A stretch of DNA of 64,000 nucleotides from positions 896,001-960,000 of the forward strand of contig OZ245838.1 in assembly GCA_965228735.1 (NCBI GenBank). Direction: 5' to 3'. Source of the DNA: Planctomycetota bacterium (GTDB taxonomy: Bacteria; Planctomycetota; UBA1135; UBA2386). The notes under the pieces are model-generated. The model had not been told where the DNA came from. It searched no databases and worked only from the letters and a program-made list of their open reading frames with translations. Of this stretch, positions 16,091 through 26,499 are shown piece after piece (positions within the stretch are counted from its first letter, which is position 1; each line of letters begins with the position of its first letter). The position numbers and the translations under genes were made by a program.

Positions 16091-19054
16091 TCAGCGGACC
16101 TCGTGCCCGCTGTCGCCCTCCTCGACCTCGACGGTGCCGGTCTCGCTGGCCGGCGTGCCGCCGAGGATCGTGCTCGCCGGTCGCCCATCGATGACCTCGA
16201 ACGTCTGCGTCGACTCGCGTTCTCCGGCCCGGATGGTCACCGCGAACGTGCCAGGCCGCGGGCTGCCGCTGCGGTTGCGGCCAGTGAGGTTGCCCAAGTT
16301 GGCGAGGCCGCCGCGGCCGCGCGGCCGAGCCCAGCGCACCTCGTGGTAGCCGGCGGTCGTCGGTCCTTCACCGGTCCACACCACGTCGCCGGCGACGTCG
16401 CGGACCTCGATCTCGACCTCGGCGTCCGCGTCGAGGTCCTGCGCCAGCAGGTAGCGGAACGTCGGGTTGACGAACGGGTTGCTCGCGGTCCAGCTGCGAG
16501 CGCCGACGTAGCCGCGGCGGTAGGCCGACGGCAGCATCACGCCGCCGCTCGGCGGCAGCGCGGTGAAGCCAGTCGCCAGGCTCGCCGCTTCGAGGTTCTC
16601 GAACGCGCTCGCGTCGAGGGCCCAGACGCCACGCCCGTGCGTGCCGAGCAGCACGTGCGGTTCGTTCGGGTGCACGATCAGGTCGTGCACCGCGACCCGC
16701 GGCAGGCCCGCGCCGAGGCGGAACCAGTCGGCGCCGTCGTTGACCGAAACGAACGCACCCATCTCGGTGCCGAGGAACAGCACGTTGCTCTGACGCGGGT
16801 GCTGGCGCACGACGTTGATCGGCTCCATCGGCAGGCCGTGCGCGATCGGCAGCCAGGTCTCGCCCGCGTCGTCCGTCCGGAACACGAACGGATCGCGGAC
16901 GTCCTCGCGGTAGCCCGTGAAGCTCACGAACGCCGTGTCGCGGTCGTGCGGCGAGGCCTCGACGCGCGAGACCCAGAGGCCGTTCACCGCCGGCGGGAAG
17001 CGCTCGGTCATCTCGATCCAACGGTCGCCGCCGTTCTTCGAGAGCCAGACGCGACCGTCGTCGGTGCCGACCCAGAGCATGCCCGCGCGCTTCGGGGACT
17101 CGCTGATCGTCGTGATCGTGCAGTGGGGCACGTCACCCTGCTTCTTGTCCGGGTCGTTCGTCGACAGGTCGGGGCTGATCGCCTGCCAGCTGTCGCCGCG
17201 GTTGCGCGACCGGTGCAGGTGCTGACTGCCGGTGTAGACGGTGTCCGGGCTGTGCGGTGACAGCACGATCGGCGTCATCCAGTTGAAGCGCAGCCGCTGC
17301 TGGCCCTTCTGGGCGCGCGGCTTGATGCGCGCGCGTTCGCCCGTCCTGCGGTCGATGCGGCTCATGCTGCCGAACTGGGACTCGGTGTAGATCACGTCGG
17401 GATCGCGCGGGTCGACGACGGTGTAGAAGCCGTCACCGCCGTTGATCTTGAACGCGTCGTCGGGTCGCAGCCCGGCCGTCGTCGGACCGTGGATCGGGAA
17501 GCCCCAAGTGCCGTTGTCCTGCAGCCCGATGTAGATGTTGTACGGGGAGCCATGATCGACCGCGACCGTGTAGGCCTGGATGATCGGCAGGGTCGGCAGG
17601 TGATCCCAGTGCTCGCCCGCATCCCAGGAGACGGCGATGCCGCCGTCGTTGCCGAGCAGGCAGTGCTTGCTGTCGGTCGGGTCGATCCACAGCGCGTGGT
17701 GATCGACGTGCAGGCTCGTCGCGAACGCGCCGCTGCGCCGGCGGCCGCGCGGCGTCCACGTCTTACCACCGTCGGTCGAGCGGTAGACCGGGACGGAGAG
17801 CACGTAGAGCGTGTCGCGGTCGTTCGGGTCGACGCGGATCTGCCCGTAGTAGTAGCCCGGTGAGCCGCCGATGCGCTGCTCCTCGTTGGTCTTGGTCCAC
17901 GAATCGCCGCCGTCGTCGCTGCGGTAGATCTCGCCGCCGATGAGGCGCGGGCGCGTGCTGCGGCCGCGATCCTGCGCTTCGTCCGCCTCGCCGTGCAGGA
18001 ACTCGCCGCGCGCGACGGGGTCGGCCAGGACTTCGGCATCGGGTTCGGGGGCCGGATCGGAATCCGGCTTGGCGGCCGGATCGGCATCCGGCTTGGCGGC
18101 CGGATCGGAATCCGGCTTGGCTTCACGATCCCGACTGCCCTCGCCGCCGCCATCGCCGACGGGTGCCGGGCGCTCCGTGGTGGGGGTGCCGACCGGATTG
18201 AGGTTCTCGATGCAGCAGTAGATCGTCCGGCCGTCACCGCGGAAGACGTCGAGCCCGATGCGACCGAGGTCGCCAGCCGGGAGGCCGCCGCCGAGCTCGT
18301 CCCACGTATCGCCGCCGTCCTGCGACCGCCACACGCGCGAGCCGGGGCCGCCCTCGCTGAAGTCCCACGCGCGCCGGCGGCGCTGGTAGGACGCGGCGAA
18401 CACGTTGTCCGGTTCGTCGGGATCGAAGATGACGTCGACGAAGCCCGTGTCGGCGTCCTGGTAGGCGACGCGCTCCCAGGTGTCGCCCCCGTCCATCGTG
18501 CGGTAGAGCCCGCGGTCCTCGTTCGCGGAGTAGAGCGCGCCGAGCGCCGCGACGAACACGATGTCCGCGTTGTACGGGTGGATCGCGATGCGGCCGATGT
18601 GGTCGGTGCCGTCGAGGCCGACGTGCTCCCAGCTGTCGCCGCCGTCGCGTGAGCGATAGACGCCGTTGCCCCAGTACGAACTGCGCTGGTTGTTGGCCTC
18701 ACCCGTGCCGAGGAACAGCACCTCGGGGTTGGTGGGTGCTACGGCGATGTCGCCGATCGACGTCGTGTACTCGTTCTGGAACTGCGCGCGCCACGTGACG
18801 CCGCCGTTGGTCGTCTTCCAGACGCCGCCGCTGCCGCTCGCGGCCCAGAAGATCTGCGGCCGTTCGGGATGCACGGCGACGTCGACGATGCGGCCGCCCG
18901 AGGTCACCGGGCCGAGCTCGCGCCATCGCATCTGGTCGAACACGTGCTCCTGCAGGTGCTCGCGGTCTCCGCCCTGCGCGGTGAGCGTGCCGGTCGTCGC
19001 GATCAAGGTGCTCAGCACCACCGACTGGCCAAGAAGCTTCTTGCTGGTCGTCAT
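16091..19054 (-). CDS. Secreted BNR/Asp-box (VPS10/sortilin-like) beta-propeller protein
   Basis: WRELGP..SGGRI, GTGE, many SxDGGxxW, HVDHHALWIDP, GLQDNG, GGDGF, THGRG; start MTTSKK at 19054. Confidence 0.88.
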   Translation of the reverse strand: MTTSKKLLGQSVVLSTLIATTGTLTAQGGDREHLQEHVFDQMRWRELGPVTSGGRIVDVAVHPERPQIFWAASGSGGVWKTTNGGVTWRAQFQNEYTTSIGDIAVAPTNPEVLFLGTGEANNQRSSYWGNGVYRSRDGGDSWEHVGLDGTDHIGRIAIHPYNADIVFVAALGALYSANEDRGLYRTMDGGDTWERVAYQDADTGFVDVIFDPDEPDNVFAASYQRRRRAWDFSEGGPGSRVWRSQDGGDTWDELGGGLPAGDLGRIGLDVFRGDGRTIYCCIENLNPVGTPTTERPAPVGDGGGEGSRDREAKPDSDPAAKPDADPAAKPDSDPAPEPDAEVLADPVARGEFLHGEADEAQDRGRSTRPRLIGGEIYRSDDGGDSWTKTNEEQRIGGSPGYYYGQIRVDPNDRDTLYVLSVPVYRSTDGGKTWTPRGRRRSGAFATSLHVDHHALWIDPTDSKHCLLGNDGGIAVSWDAGEHWDHLPTLPIIQAYTVAVDHGSPYNIYIGLQDNGTWGFPIHGPTTAGLRPDDAFKINGGDGFYTVVDPRDPDVIYTESQFGSMSRIDRRTGERARIKPRAQKGQQRLRFNWMTPIVLSPHSPDTVYTGSQHLHRSRNRGDSWQAISPDLSTNDPDKKQGDVPHCTITTISESPKRAGMLWVGTDDGRVWLSKNGGDRWIEMTERFPPAVNGLWVSRVEASPHDRDTAFVSFTGYREDVRDPFVFRTDDAGETWLPIAHGLPMEPINVVRQHPRQSNVLFLGTEMGAFVSVNDGADWFRLGAGLPRVAVHDLIVHPNEPHVLLGTHGRGVWALDASAFENLEAASLATGFTALPPSGGVMLPSAYRRGYVGARSWTASNPFVNPTFRYLLAQDLDADAEVEIEVRDVAGDVVWTGEGPTTAGYHEVRWARPRGRGGLANLGNLTGRNRSGSPRPGTFAVTIRAGERESTQTFEVIDGRPASTILGGTPASETGTVEVEEGDSGHEVR
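18051..18122. repeat. 3 x 24-bp coding tandem repeat
   Basis: gccggatcgg(a/c)atccggcttggc(g/t) three times, encoding AKPD(S/A)DPA. Confidence 0.9.
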
Positions 19055-19077
19055 CTCTGTTCTCCTGGCTCGGTGGT

Positions 19078-22000
19078 TCAGCGGTTCTGCCCGACGACGG
19101 GTGACGCGGACGGTGCGTTGGATTGGGTAAGGGGATCGGGCCGCAGTTCGAACGTCCTCGCATCGACGTCCTCCTGGCCGGCCCAGCGCACGGCGTAGGT
19201 GCCGGGCTTCGCGAGGCTGCGACCGAGTCGCCCGCTCCAGGTGATCGCCTGGACGCCGGCCTTGGTCTCGCCGGTGACCTTGGCGAGCTCCTTGCCCGTG
19301 ACATCGTGGATCGTCAGCGCGGGCTTTTCCTCGGGCTTCTCGGCGCAGTAGACGTAGAACGTCACGCCGTAGGGCGGGTTGTCCGCGTGATGGTCGCGGT
19401 GGCCCTGCTTGCCGCGGCTCTTCATCTGCCACAGGATCGCGGGTTCGACGGCGAACAGATGGCGGGCGCTCCTCGCGACGTCGCTCGTGAGCTGCCGCAG
19501 CGGCTCGATGTCGATCGTCCAGGCGCCGCGGCCGTGCGTGCCCGCGACGAGGTCGCTGTCGCGGTCCTGGATGAACAGGTCGCGCACGCTGACGGTCGGC
19601 AGCCCGCTGCCGAGCCGGAACCACGTCTCGCCCCGATCGAGCGACACGTGACAGCCATACTCGGTGCCGAGGAACAGCAGGTCCTCGTTACGCGGATCCT
19701 CGCAGATCGCGTAGCACGGTTCGCGCAGCGGCAGGTCGTCGCCGATCGACTCCCACGTCTCGCCGCGGTCCTGTGACACGAACACGTAGGTCTGGAAGTC
19801 GTCGAAGCGGTGACCGTCGAGCGTGAGATAGACGCGATCGTTGCTGTCGTACGATGGCACGATGTCACTCACGTAGCGCCGCGCGAGGATCGGCAGGTTC
19901 TCGTCGAGGCGGATCCACTCGCGGCCGCCGTCATCGGTGCGCCACAAGGCACCGTCGTCGGTGCCGACGTAGAGCAGGCCGCGCACGCGCGGGCTCTCGG
20001 CGATGGCCGTCGCCGTGCCCCGGTCGGTCGCGCCGAGCGAACCGGAGATGCACTCCATTTGCATGCCGCGCGTGCCGCCGATCGGGCCCTGGCCGGGTCG
20101 GCTGCTGCGGCTGTCGAGGTGGGCGTAGCGATCGCCGCGATAGACGTGGCTGCCCGCGTGGTAGAGCGTCAGACGGTTGTGCGGCGACAGGATGAACGGG
20201 CTGTCCCAGTTCCAGCGCGCGCGGCCATCAGTGGGGCGCCCGCGGCGCATGCGCGCGGACGTACCCGACCTCGTGTCGTTGATGCCGAGCGCGCCGTTCT
20301 GGCTGGTGCAGTAGACGATCCACGGTTCGACCGGGTCGGTCACGGCGCCGAAGCCGTCGCCGCCGCGGATCGTGACCCAGTCCTCGAAGCCGATGCCCTC
20401 GCGATAGCGCGTGCGCGACGGGCCGACCCAAGTGCCGTTGTCCTGCAGACCGCCGAGCACGTTGTAGGGCACGCTGTTGTCCGCGGTGATGTCGTAGAAC
20501 TGCGCGACGGAGAAGCCGTGGAACACCTGCCACGTGCGACCGCGGTCCCAGGTCTCGTTCACGCCGCCGTCGCACCCCGCGAGCAGGTGGTCGCCGTCGT
20601 CGGGATCGATCCAGATCGCGTGGAAGTCGACGTGGATGCCGCGGTGGATCGGGTCGAACTCCTCGCCGCCGTCGGTCGAACCCCAGAGCGAGGTGCCGAC
20701 CGTGTAGATGCGATCGTCGTCGCTCGGGTCGACGCGGATGACCGAGTAGTAGAACGGCCGCTCCGTGAGGCTGTTGATGCGGCGCCACGAGTCGCCGGCG
20801 TCGTCGCTGCGGAACACGCCGCCCGTCTGGAAGCCGTCCTCGCCCTGTCGGTCCTGGCGATTCTGCACCTGGCCGAACAGGCGCCCGCCGTTCGGAAAGT
20901 TCGGATTGGCGAGGCGCCCGCCACCGCTCTGGCGGGTGCCGTAGGTCAGCTCGACCTCGCGCGGTTCCGGCTCCTCAGCGCGCTGGAACGTGACCTTGAC
21001 GGTCGTGCCCCCGCGCGAGTCCGCGAGGATGTCGCGCAGATCCTGCATGTTCTTGACGGTCTCGCCGTCCATCGCGATCACGCGGTCGCCGGCCTGCATG
21101 CCGGCCTGCTGCGCGCCGCCGCCGTCACTCAGTTCACCGAGCACGGCGCCCGGCGTGCCTTCGCCGCCGTCGGTGCCGCCCTGGAACCCGAAGACCGCGG
21201 TGCCGCGGGCCGCCGGCTTGCCATCGTCGCCGCCGCCGATGCGTTGCTTGCTGCCCGTGTTCCAGCCGCTGCGCTCGGTCTCGACGATCGCGAACACCGT
21301 GCCGGGGTTGCTGGCGAAGAAGTCGAGGCCGCTGCGACCCCACTGGCTGTTGGTCGGCAGGCCGTCGTTCACCCGGCGCCAGTTGTCGCCGCCGTCGATG
21401 CTCTTGTAGATGCCGCTGTGCTCGCCGAAGCGCGTCGCCGGATCGTTGCCGTCGAACTCGTCGCGCCAACGCTCGTAGAGGCACGCGAGCACGAGGTCGG
21501 GGTTGCCCGGGTGCAGTCGCACGTCGATGCAGCCCGTGTGCTCGTCGAGATAGAGGATCCGTTCCCAGTTCTCGCCGCCGTCCAGCGTGCGATAGACCCC
21601 GCGTTCTGCATTGCTGCCCCAGAGTCGCCCGAGCGCCGCGACGTAGACGATGTCGGGGTTCGTCGGGTGGATCTCGATGTGGCCGATCTGGAACGTCTCG
21701 AACAGGCCCTTGTGGGTCCAGGTGTCGCCGCCGTCCACGGACTTGTAGACGCCGTCACCCCACTGCACGGAGTTGCGCGCGTTCTCCTCGCCGGTCCCGA
21801 TCCAGACGACCTTCGGATCGCTCGGCGCGATCGCGACGTCACCGATCGAGACCGTGCCGAAGTCGTCGAACACGTTCTCCCAGGTCGTGCCGCGGTTCTG
21901 CGTGCGCCACACGCCGCCGCCGGCCGTGCCGGCAAACCACGTGCTCTTCTGCTCGGGGTGCACCGCGATGTCGGTGATGCGGCCGACGGGGTTGCTCGGC

Positions 22001-22125
22001 CCGACGTTGCGCCACGCGACGCCGGCGACCATCGCCTGGTCGAACGTGGGTTCCTGGGCCGAGGCCGAAGCGAGGAGGGTGAGGGCTGCGGGCAGGAGCG
22101 CCGCGCACCGGAGCGTTGACTGCAT
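19078..22125 (-). CDS. Secreted BNR/VPS10-like protein with inserted PDZ-like domain
   Basis: Same motifs as its neighbour; insert GGAQQAGMQAGDRVIAMDG...VKVTFQR; start MQSTLR at 22125. Confidence 0.88.
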   Translation of the reverse strand: MQSTLRCAALLPAALTLLASASAQEPTFDQAMVAGVAWRNVGPSNPVGRITDIAVHPEQKSTWFAGTAGGGVWRTQNRGTTWENVFDDFGTVSIGDVAIAPSDPKVVWIGTGEENARNSVQWGDGVYKSVDGGDTWTHKGLFETFQIGHIEIHPTNPDIVYVAALGRLWGSNAERGVYRTLDGGENWERILYLDEHTGCIDVRLHPGNPDLVLACLYERWRDEFDGNDPATRFGEHSGIYKSIDGGDNWRRVNDGLPTNSQWGRSGLDFFASNPGTVFAIVETERSGWNTGSKQRIGGGDDGKPAARGTAVFGFQGGTDGGEGTPGAVLGELSDGGGAQQAGMQAGDRVIAMDGETVKNMQDLRDILADSRGGTTVKVTFQRAEEPEPREVELTYGTRQSGGGRLANPNFPNGGRLFGQVQNRQDRQGEDGFQTGGVFRSDDAGDSWRRINSLTERPFYYSVIRVDPSDDDRIYTVGTSLWGSTDGGEEFDPIHRGIHVDFHAIWIDPDDGDHLLAGCDGGVNETWDRGRTWQVFHGFSVAQFYDITADNSVPYNVLGGLQDNGTWVGPSRTRYREGIGFEDWVTIRGGDGFGAVTDPVEPWIVYCTSQNGALGINDTRSGTSARMRRGRPTDGRARWNWDSPFILSPHNRLTLYHAGSHVYRGDRYAHLDSRSSRPGQGPIGGTRGMQMECISGSLGATDRGTATAIAESPRVRGLLYVGTDDGALWRTDDGGREWIRLDENLPILARRYVSDIVPSYDSNDRVYLTLDGHRFDDFQTYVFVSQDRGETWESIGDDLPLREPCYAICEDPRNEDLLFLGTEYGCHVSLDRGETWFRLGSGLPTVSVRDLFIQDRDSDLVAGTHGRGAWTIDIEPLRQLTSDVARSARHLFAVEPAILWQMKSRGKQGHRDHHADNPPYGVTFYVYCAEKPEEKPALTIHDVTGKELAKVTGETKAGVQAITWSGRLGRSLAKPGTYAVRWAGQEDVDARTFELRPDPLTQSNAPSASPVVGQNR

Positions 22126-22257
22126 GATCGACGTGGGCAGGGGCCGAATGGGCGCTTCAGCATACGGAGACCGGGGCGTTCTCCCCTGCGCGCGGCCGCC
22201 CCGAAAGTGTCGCAAATGGGTGAGATGCGGCGGTGCGAACCGGACCCGCAGCAGCCG

Positions 22258-23637
22258 TCAGAAGCTGTTGCCGAACGCGATCGTGAGGTTGCTGCCCTCG
22301 TCGCCGAAGCCGAGGTCGATGCGGAAGGACGCCTCGCGGGAAAACCCCAACCGCGCGCCGACACCGACGCTGTGGTGCCAGCGGCCGTCGTCGAGCCGGT
22401 CGAAGTCGCTCGCGACGGTGCCGACCTCGCCGAACACCGCGAGATAGATCCGCTCGATCCGGATCGTGTCCGTGAAGGTGATCCCGCGCGGCACGACGGC
22501 GAAGCGATACTCGGCCACTCCGTGCGCCGCCGCGCGATCGGTGAAGCGGTTGCCGATGAACGAGCGCAGCGTATCGCCGCCGCCCAGCGACGGCAGGTTG
22601 TAGAACGGCAGGTCGCCGACCGTGTCCGTCACGAACGCACCGAGCGCGAGCACGTCGGTCGGCGGGTTCTCCTCGTCGCCGACGGCGCCACGGTGCAGCA
22701 GCGGCGGCAGGCTGAAGTACTGCCGGGCGTCGGCCTGGATCACGGCGCCGGTCTGCCCGCCGCTGTGCACCGCTGAGCTGATGCTGAGGCCGAGCCGGTG
22801 GCCCTCGTACGGCTGGTGCAGGCTGTCGCGCGTGTCGTGCGCGAAGTCACCGATGAGCCACAGGAAATCGTCGCCGTCACCGTCACTGACGAGCGCGGGA
22901 AAGACCTGCTCCGTGCTCGGCACGGTCGACACGCGGCCGCTCGACAGACCGCGGTGCTCGGCGCGGATCTCCGCGAGGTAATAGAGCGGATCGCCCGGGG
23001 CGCCGATCGAATCGCGGATGCCGACGCCGACGGTCGCGACCTCCTCGGTGAAGCTCGTCTCCGCCGACTCGGGCGTGCGGCTGCCGAAGCCGAAGAAGCG
23101 CCTCGTCAGCGTCTTGCGGTAGCCGGCGCGCGCGAACACGCGGCCGCGCTCTTCGCGGATGATCCCGCCGTTGCTCAACTCGCGATGATGCAGCCAGCGC
23201 TGCCAGAAGATGCTGTAGGCCTGCTGCCCTTCCTCGGAGTGCGTGACGACGATGTTGGCGAACTCGCGGTAGTTCTGGTTGCGGAAGTCGACGTCGGTGA
23301 ACGCGACGCCGCCGCCGAACCCGATGTCCTCCTCGCGGAACAGGATCGGCGAGAAGAAGCTGCTGACGAGGAAGCGATCGAAGATGCCGCCGGGCTTGAT
23401 GCGACCGGGCGGCGTGTAGCGCCAGCGCTCCGGGTTCTTCAGATCGTCCGGCCGCGCAGCGCGGGGGATGCGGCCGTTCTCGTCCATGCCCTCGAGCGGG
23501 TCGTAGACCGGCGGCAGATCCTGCGGCCGTTGTGGGGGTGTCGCGGTGCCGCCGGCCGTGCCGGTCTGGGCGATGGCCCACGACGCCGTCAGACAGGTGC
23601 TCGTGAACGCCGCGAGCAGGTGGCGACCAGGCCTCAT
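22258..23637 (-). CDS. Omp85/BamA-TamA superfamily outer-membrane beta-barrel protein
   Basis: Signal peptide; HDTRDSLHQPYEG, LGGGDTLRSF..NRF, alternating beta-strands, C-terminal FGNSF; start 23637. Confidence 0.8.
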   Translation of the reverse strand: MRPGRHLLAAFTSTCLTASWAIAQTGTAGGTATPPQRPQDLPPVYDPLEGMDENGRIPRAARPDDLKNPERWRYTPPGRIKPGGIFDRFLVSSFFSPILFREEDIGFGGGVAFTDVDFRNQNYREFANIVVTHSEEGQQAYSIFWQRWLHHRELSNGGIIREERGRVFARAGYRKTLTRRFFGFGSRTPESAETSFTEEVATVGVGIRDSIGAPGDPLYYLAEIRAEHRGLSSGRVSTVPSTEQVFPALVSDGDGDDFLWLIGDFAHDTRDSLHQPYEGHRLGLSISSAVHSGGQTGAVIQADARQYFSLPPLLHRGAVGDEENPPTDVLALGAFVTDTVGDLPFYNLPSLGGGDTLRSFIGNRFTDRAAAHGVAEYRFAVVPRGITFTDTIRIERIYLAVFGEVGTVASDFDRLDDGRWHHSVGVGARLGFSREASFRIDLGFGDEGSNLTIAFGNSF

Positions 23638-24446
23638 CGGCCGGCCCCCGCGCTCGGCGCGAACGACGCGGCCGGCACCGGAGTCGGAATGTCGTCGTCG
23701 GGCTCGGGTCGCGGCGCGAGCGACTTGCCGTGCGCGGCCGCCCAGGTCTGTTCGAGCGTCGTGAGCGCCGCGTGGGTCGCCTTCGCCGTGAGCTTGTCGG
23801 CCGGGTCGCCGACGATGAGGGCCACCGCCGCGTAGGTGAAGCGCGAGATGCCCTGCGCTTCGAGCGCGATGTCGATCATGGCGTCGGTGCCGGCTTCGAG
23901 GCACGACGCCGTCGGCAGCAGCGTGACGCCGCGGGCGGCCGCGACGAGCGCCGGTGGCAACGCGAGTCGCGGGTCGTCGCCGGGTATGGGCGTGCCGATC
24001 ATGTGCAGCGGGATCGCCGGGTCGACCTCGACCGTCTCGCCGTCGGGTCCCATCTGCATCCGGCTGCCGATCGGGAAGCCGATCCGCGTCCCGCCGGTCG
24101 GAACGCCGAGCACGGTCTGACGCCACTCGCCCAGCGCGCGACCGTAGTCCTCCGGATCCGTGATCGGCAACGGATCGTCGAACGATAGCGCGATGATCAG
24201 CGGGCGGCCGGGCTCGGAGTCGATCTCCGCGACGAGGCGCGGGCGCGCCGCGGTGACGAGCTCGTGGACCTCCGCGGCCGCGGCTTCGCTGGTCGCGAGC
24301 ACGTAGGCCTGCTCGGAGACGAAGAGTCGATGGTCGCGCCAGCGATCGGGCAGTTCCGCCGCTCTGGGCTGCCATTCGACGGCGGTGCAGCCGCCGAGGC
24401 TCGCGAGCAGGGTGGTGAAGAGGGCCAGGGTGGACGCGCGCAGCAT
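23634..24446 (-). CDS. Hypothetical lipoprotein
   Basis: MLRASTLALFTTLLASLGGC lipobox; ATGA overlap with the Omp85 gene. Confidence 0.7.
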   Translation of the reverse strand: MLRASTLALFTTLLASLGGCTAVEWQPRAAELPDRWRDHRLFVSEQAYVLATSEAAAAEVHELVTAARPRLVAEIDSEPGRPLIIALSFDDPLPITDPEDYGRALGEWRQTVLGVPTGGTRIGFPIGSRMQMGPDGETVEVDPAIPLHMIGTPIPGDDPRLALPPALVAAARGVTLLPTASCLEAGTDAMIDIALEAQGISRFTYAAVALIVGDPADKLTAKATHAALTTLEQTWAAAHGKSLAPRPEPDDDIPTPVPAASFAPSAGAGR

Positions 24447-24510
24447 CGGGTCAGGATGGTAGGCCGGGGCAGATGCAGAACAAACGGCGGAGCTTGTATG
24501 GTGGCCCGCC

Positions 24511-26499
24511 ATGCATCGCTCGATTCTCGGGGCCCTGCTGACCATCGTGTCGGCTCTGTTCGTGGCCGTCAGCTCGGCAGCGCAGGGCCGCTATCAGGAC
24601 CTGCTGGACCGGATGGTCAGCGCGGACTGGCTGTTCGAAGCGCCGAAACCCGGCGAGCGTTGCGTGCAGTTCAGCAGCTACGACCGGCGCAGCGATGCGG
24701 GACCCGAGAGCGCGGAGGAGTGGTTCGCGAACCACGATCGCGGGCACTACCTGCGCACGGTGGAGCGCGATGGGCGCACCGAGCACGTGATGGTCGACGC
24801 CAAGGGCCCGGGTGTGCTGACCCGCATCTGGTCGGCGAACCCGTCGGGGGAGCTGTTCTTCCGGGTCGACGGCGCGCTCGTCTGGACGGTCGACTTCCGC
24901 GCGCTGTGCAGCGGCGCGGTCGACGGCGTGCCCGAGCCGCTCGCCGTCGTGCGAGCGCGCGGGGCGAACTGCTATCTGCCGATTCCGTTCGGCGAGTCGC
25001 TCGAGGTGAGCTCGAGTGCGGGCGATTGCTACTACCAGTGCAACGTGACCACGTGGCCGGCGGGGACCGCGGTCGAAGGTTTCACGCCGGCGTTGCTGCA
25101 GAAGAACGCGGGGGCGATCCGGGCTGCGGCTGAGCAGTTGACGTATCAGCACTCCCAGCAGTTCCGCAGCGCGACCGGGCTCGGGTTGCCGCTGCGGAAG
25201 CGGATCCCGCGCGATCACGTCGTGACCGAGATCGTGATCGACATCGCGAACGTTCCCGAGGACCACAACGTCGGCGACCTGCTCCGCAACGTCCTGCTCG
25301 TCGTGAACTGCGACGGCGAGATCACCGTTCGGGTCCCCGTGCTCGACTTCTTCTGCGGTGGCGGCGACTGGCAGCCGTTCACGTCGCGCTTCCTCTACGT
25401 CCGCGAGTCGTCGGCCGGGTGCTGCTACCCGATGCCGATGCCCGACGGCGGGCTCATTGCGCTCGAGGTCGACGGCGATCTCGCGGGCATGAACGTCGGG
25501 CTCGGGCTCGTGTCGACGAAGCCGCTCGACGATCCCGACGCGCTGCTGTTCCACGCCTCGTATCACCAGCAGAAGAGCTTCGCCTCGCGGCCGTTCCGTG
25601 ATTTCCGCGTGCTCGATGCCAGCGGTGGGCCGGGCCGCTTCGTCGGCTGTTCACTGCTCGTGAAGAATCCGACGCGCGCGTGGTGGGGCGAGGGCGACGA
25701 GAAGTTCTACGTCGACGGCGAGGCGTTCCCGTCGACGTTCGGCACGGGCACGGAGGACTACTTCGGGTACGCGTGGTGTTCGCCGGAGCTGTTCGCCTCG
25801 CCGTTCCACGCCCAGCCGCAGTGCGACGGCCCGGGCAACTACGGGTTCACCGCGCTGCACCGCAGTCAGGTGCTCGACAACGTGCCGTTCCAGCGGTCGT
25901 TCCGCTTCGATCTCGAGGTCTGGCACTGGGTGCAGGACCTGCAGCTCGACTATGCGTCGGTGGCGTACTGGTACGGCGCCCCCGAGACCCGGTCGGGCCT
26001 GCCGGCGGTGCCGCCGGCCGCCGAGCGCACGCTCGATCGCCTCGGCCCGCCGCCGGTGTTCGTTGCCGAGGGCGTGATCGAGGGCGAAGGGTTGCGCGTC
26101 GTCGCGTGCACGGGCGGCGACCACGAGGTGCAGGACATGGGATCCTACGGGACGCAGTTCTCGCAGAACGGGCAACGCTGGTGGAAGCACGGTGAACTCG
26201 GCGACACGCTCGTGCTCGCCGTGCCCGTTCAAGAGGCCGGGAAGTACCGCGTGCTGGGCGCGTTCTGCCGCGCCGGCGACTACGGCATCGTGCAACTGAC
26301 GCTGGCCGACCAGAAGCTCGGTGGCCCGTTCGATGCGTATCACAACGGCGTGCGAACGTCGGGCAAGAAGGAGCTCGGCGTCGTGCAGCTGCCGGCGGGC
26401 GAAGCGATGCTGCGCGTGACGATCCTCGGCAGCAACGAGAAGAGCACGCCCGGCAACATGTTCGGCCTCGACTACCTCGAGCTGCAGAAGCTGCTCTGA
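24511..26499 (+). CDS. DUF2961 / glycoside hydrolase family 172-like secreted protein
   Basis: QFSSYDR, GPGVLTRIWSANP, WWGEGDEKFYVDGE.FPS.FGTGTEDYFG; extra C-terminal beta-sandwich. Confidence 0.85.
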   Translation: MHRSILGALLTIVSALFVAVSSAAQGRYQDLLDRMVSADWLFEAPKPGERCVQFSSYDRRSDAGPESAEEWFANHDRGHYLRTVERDGRTEHVMVDAKGPGVLTRIWSANPSGELFFRVDGALVWTVDFRALCSGAVDGVPEPLAVVRARGANCYLPIPFGESLEVSSSAGDCYYQCNVTTWPAGTAVEGFTPALLQKNAGAIRAAAEQLTYQHSQQFRSATGLGLPLRKRIPRDHVVTEIVIDIANVPEDHNVGDLLRNVLLVVNCDGEITVRVPVLDFFCGGGDWQPFTSRFLYVRESSAGCCYPMPMPDGGLIALEVDGDLAGMNVGLGLVSTKPLDDPDALLFHASYHQQKSFASRPFRDFRVLDASGGPGRFVGCSLLVKNPTRAWWGEGDEKFYVDGEAFPSTFGTGTEDYFGYAWCSPELFASPFHAQPQCDGPGNYGFTALHRSQVLDNVPFQRSFRFDLEVWHWVQDLQLDYASVAYWYGAPETRSGLPAVPPAAERTLDRLGPPPVFVAEGVIEGEGLRVVACTGGDHEVQDMGSYGTQFSQNGQRWWKHGELGDTLVLAVPVQEAGKYRVLGAFCRAGDYGIVQLTLADQKLGGPFDAYHNGVRTSGKKELGVVQLPAGEAMLRVTILGSNEKSTPGNMFGLDYLELQKLL

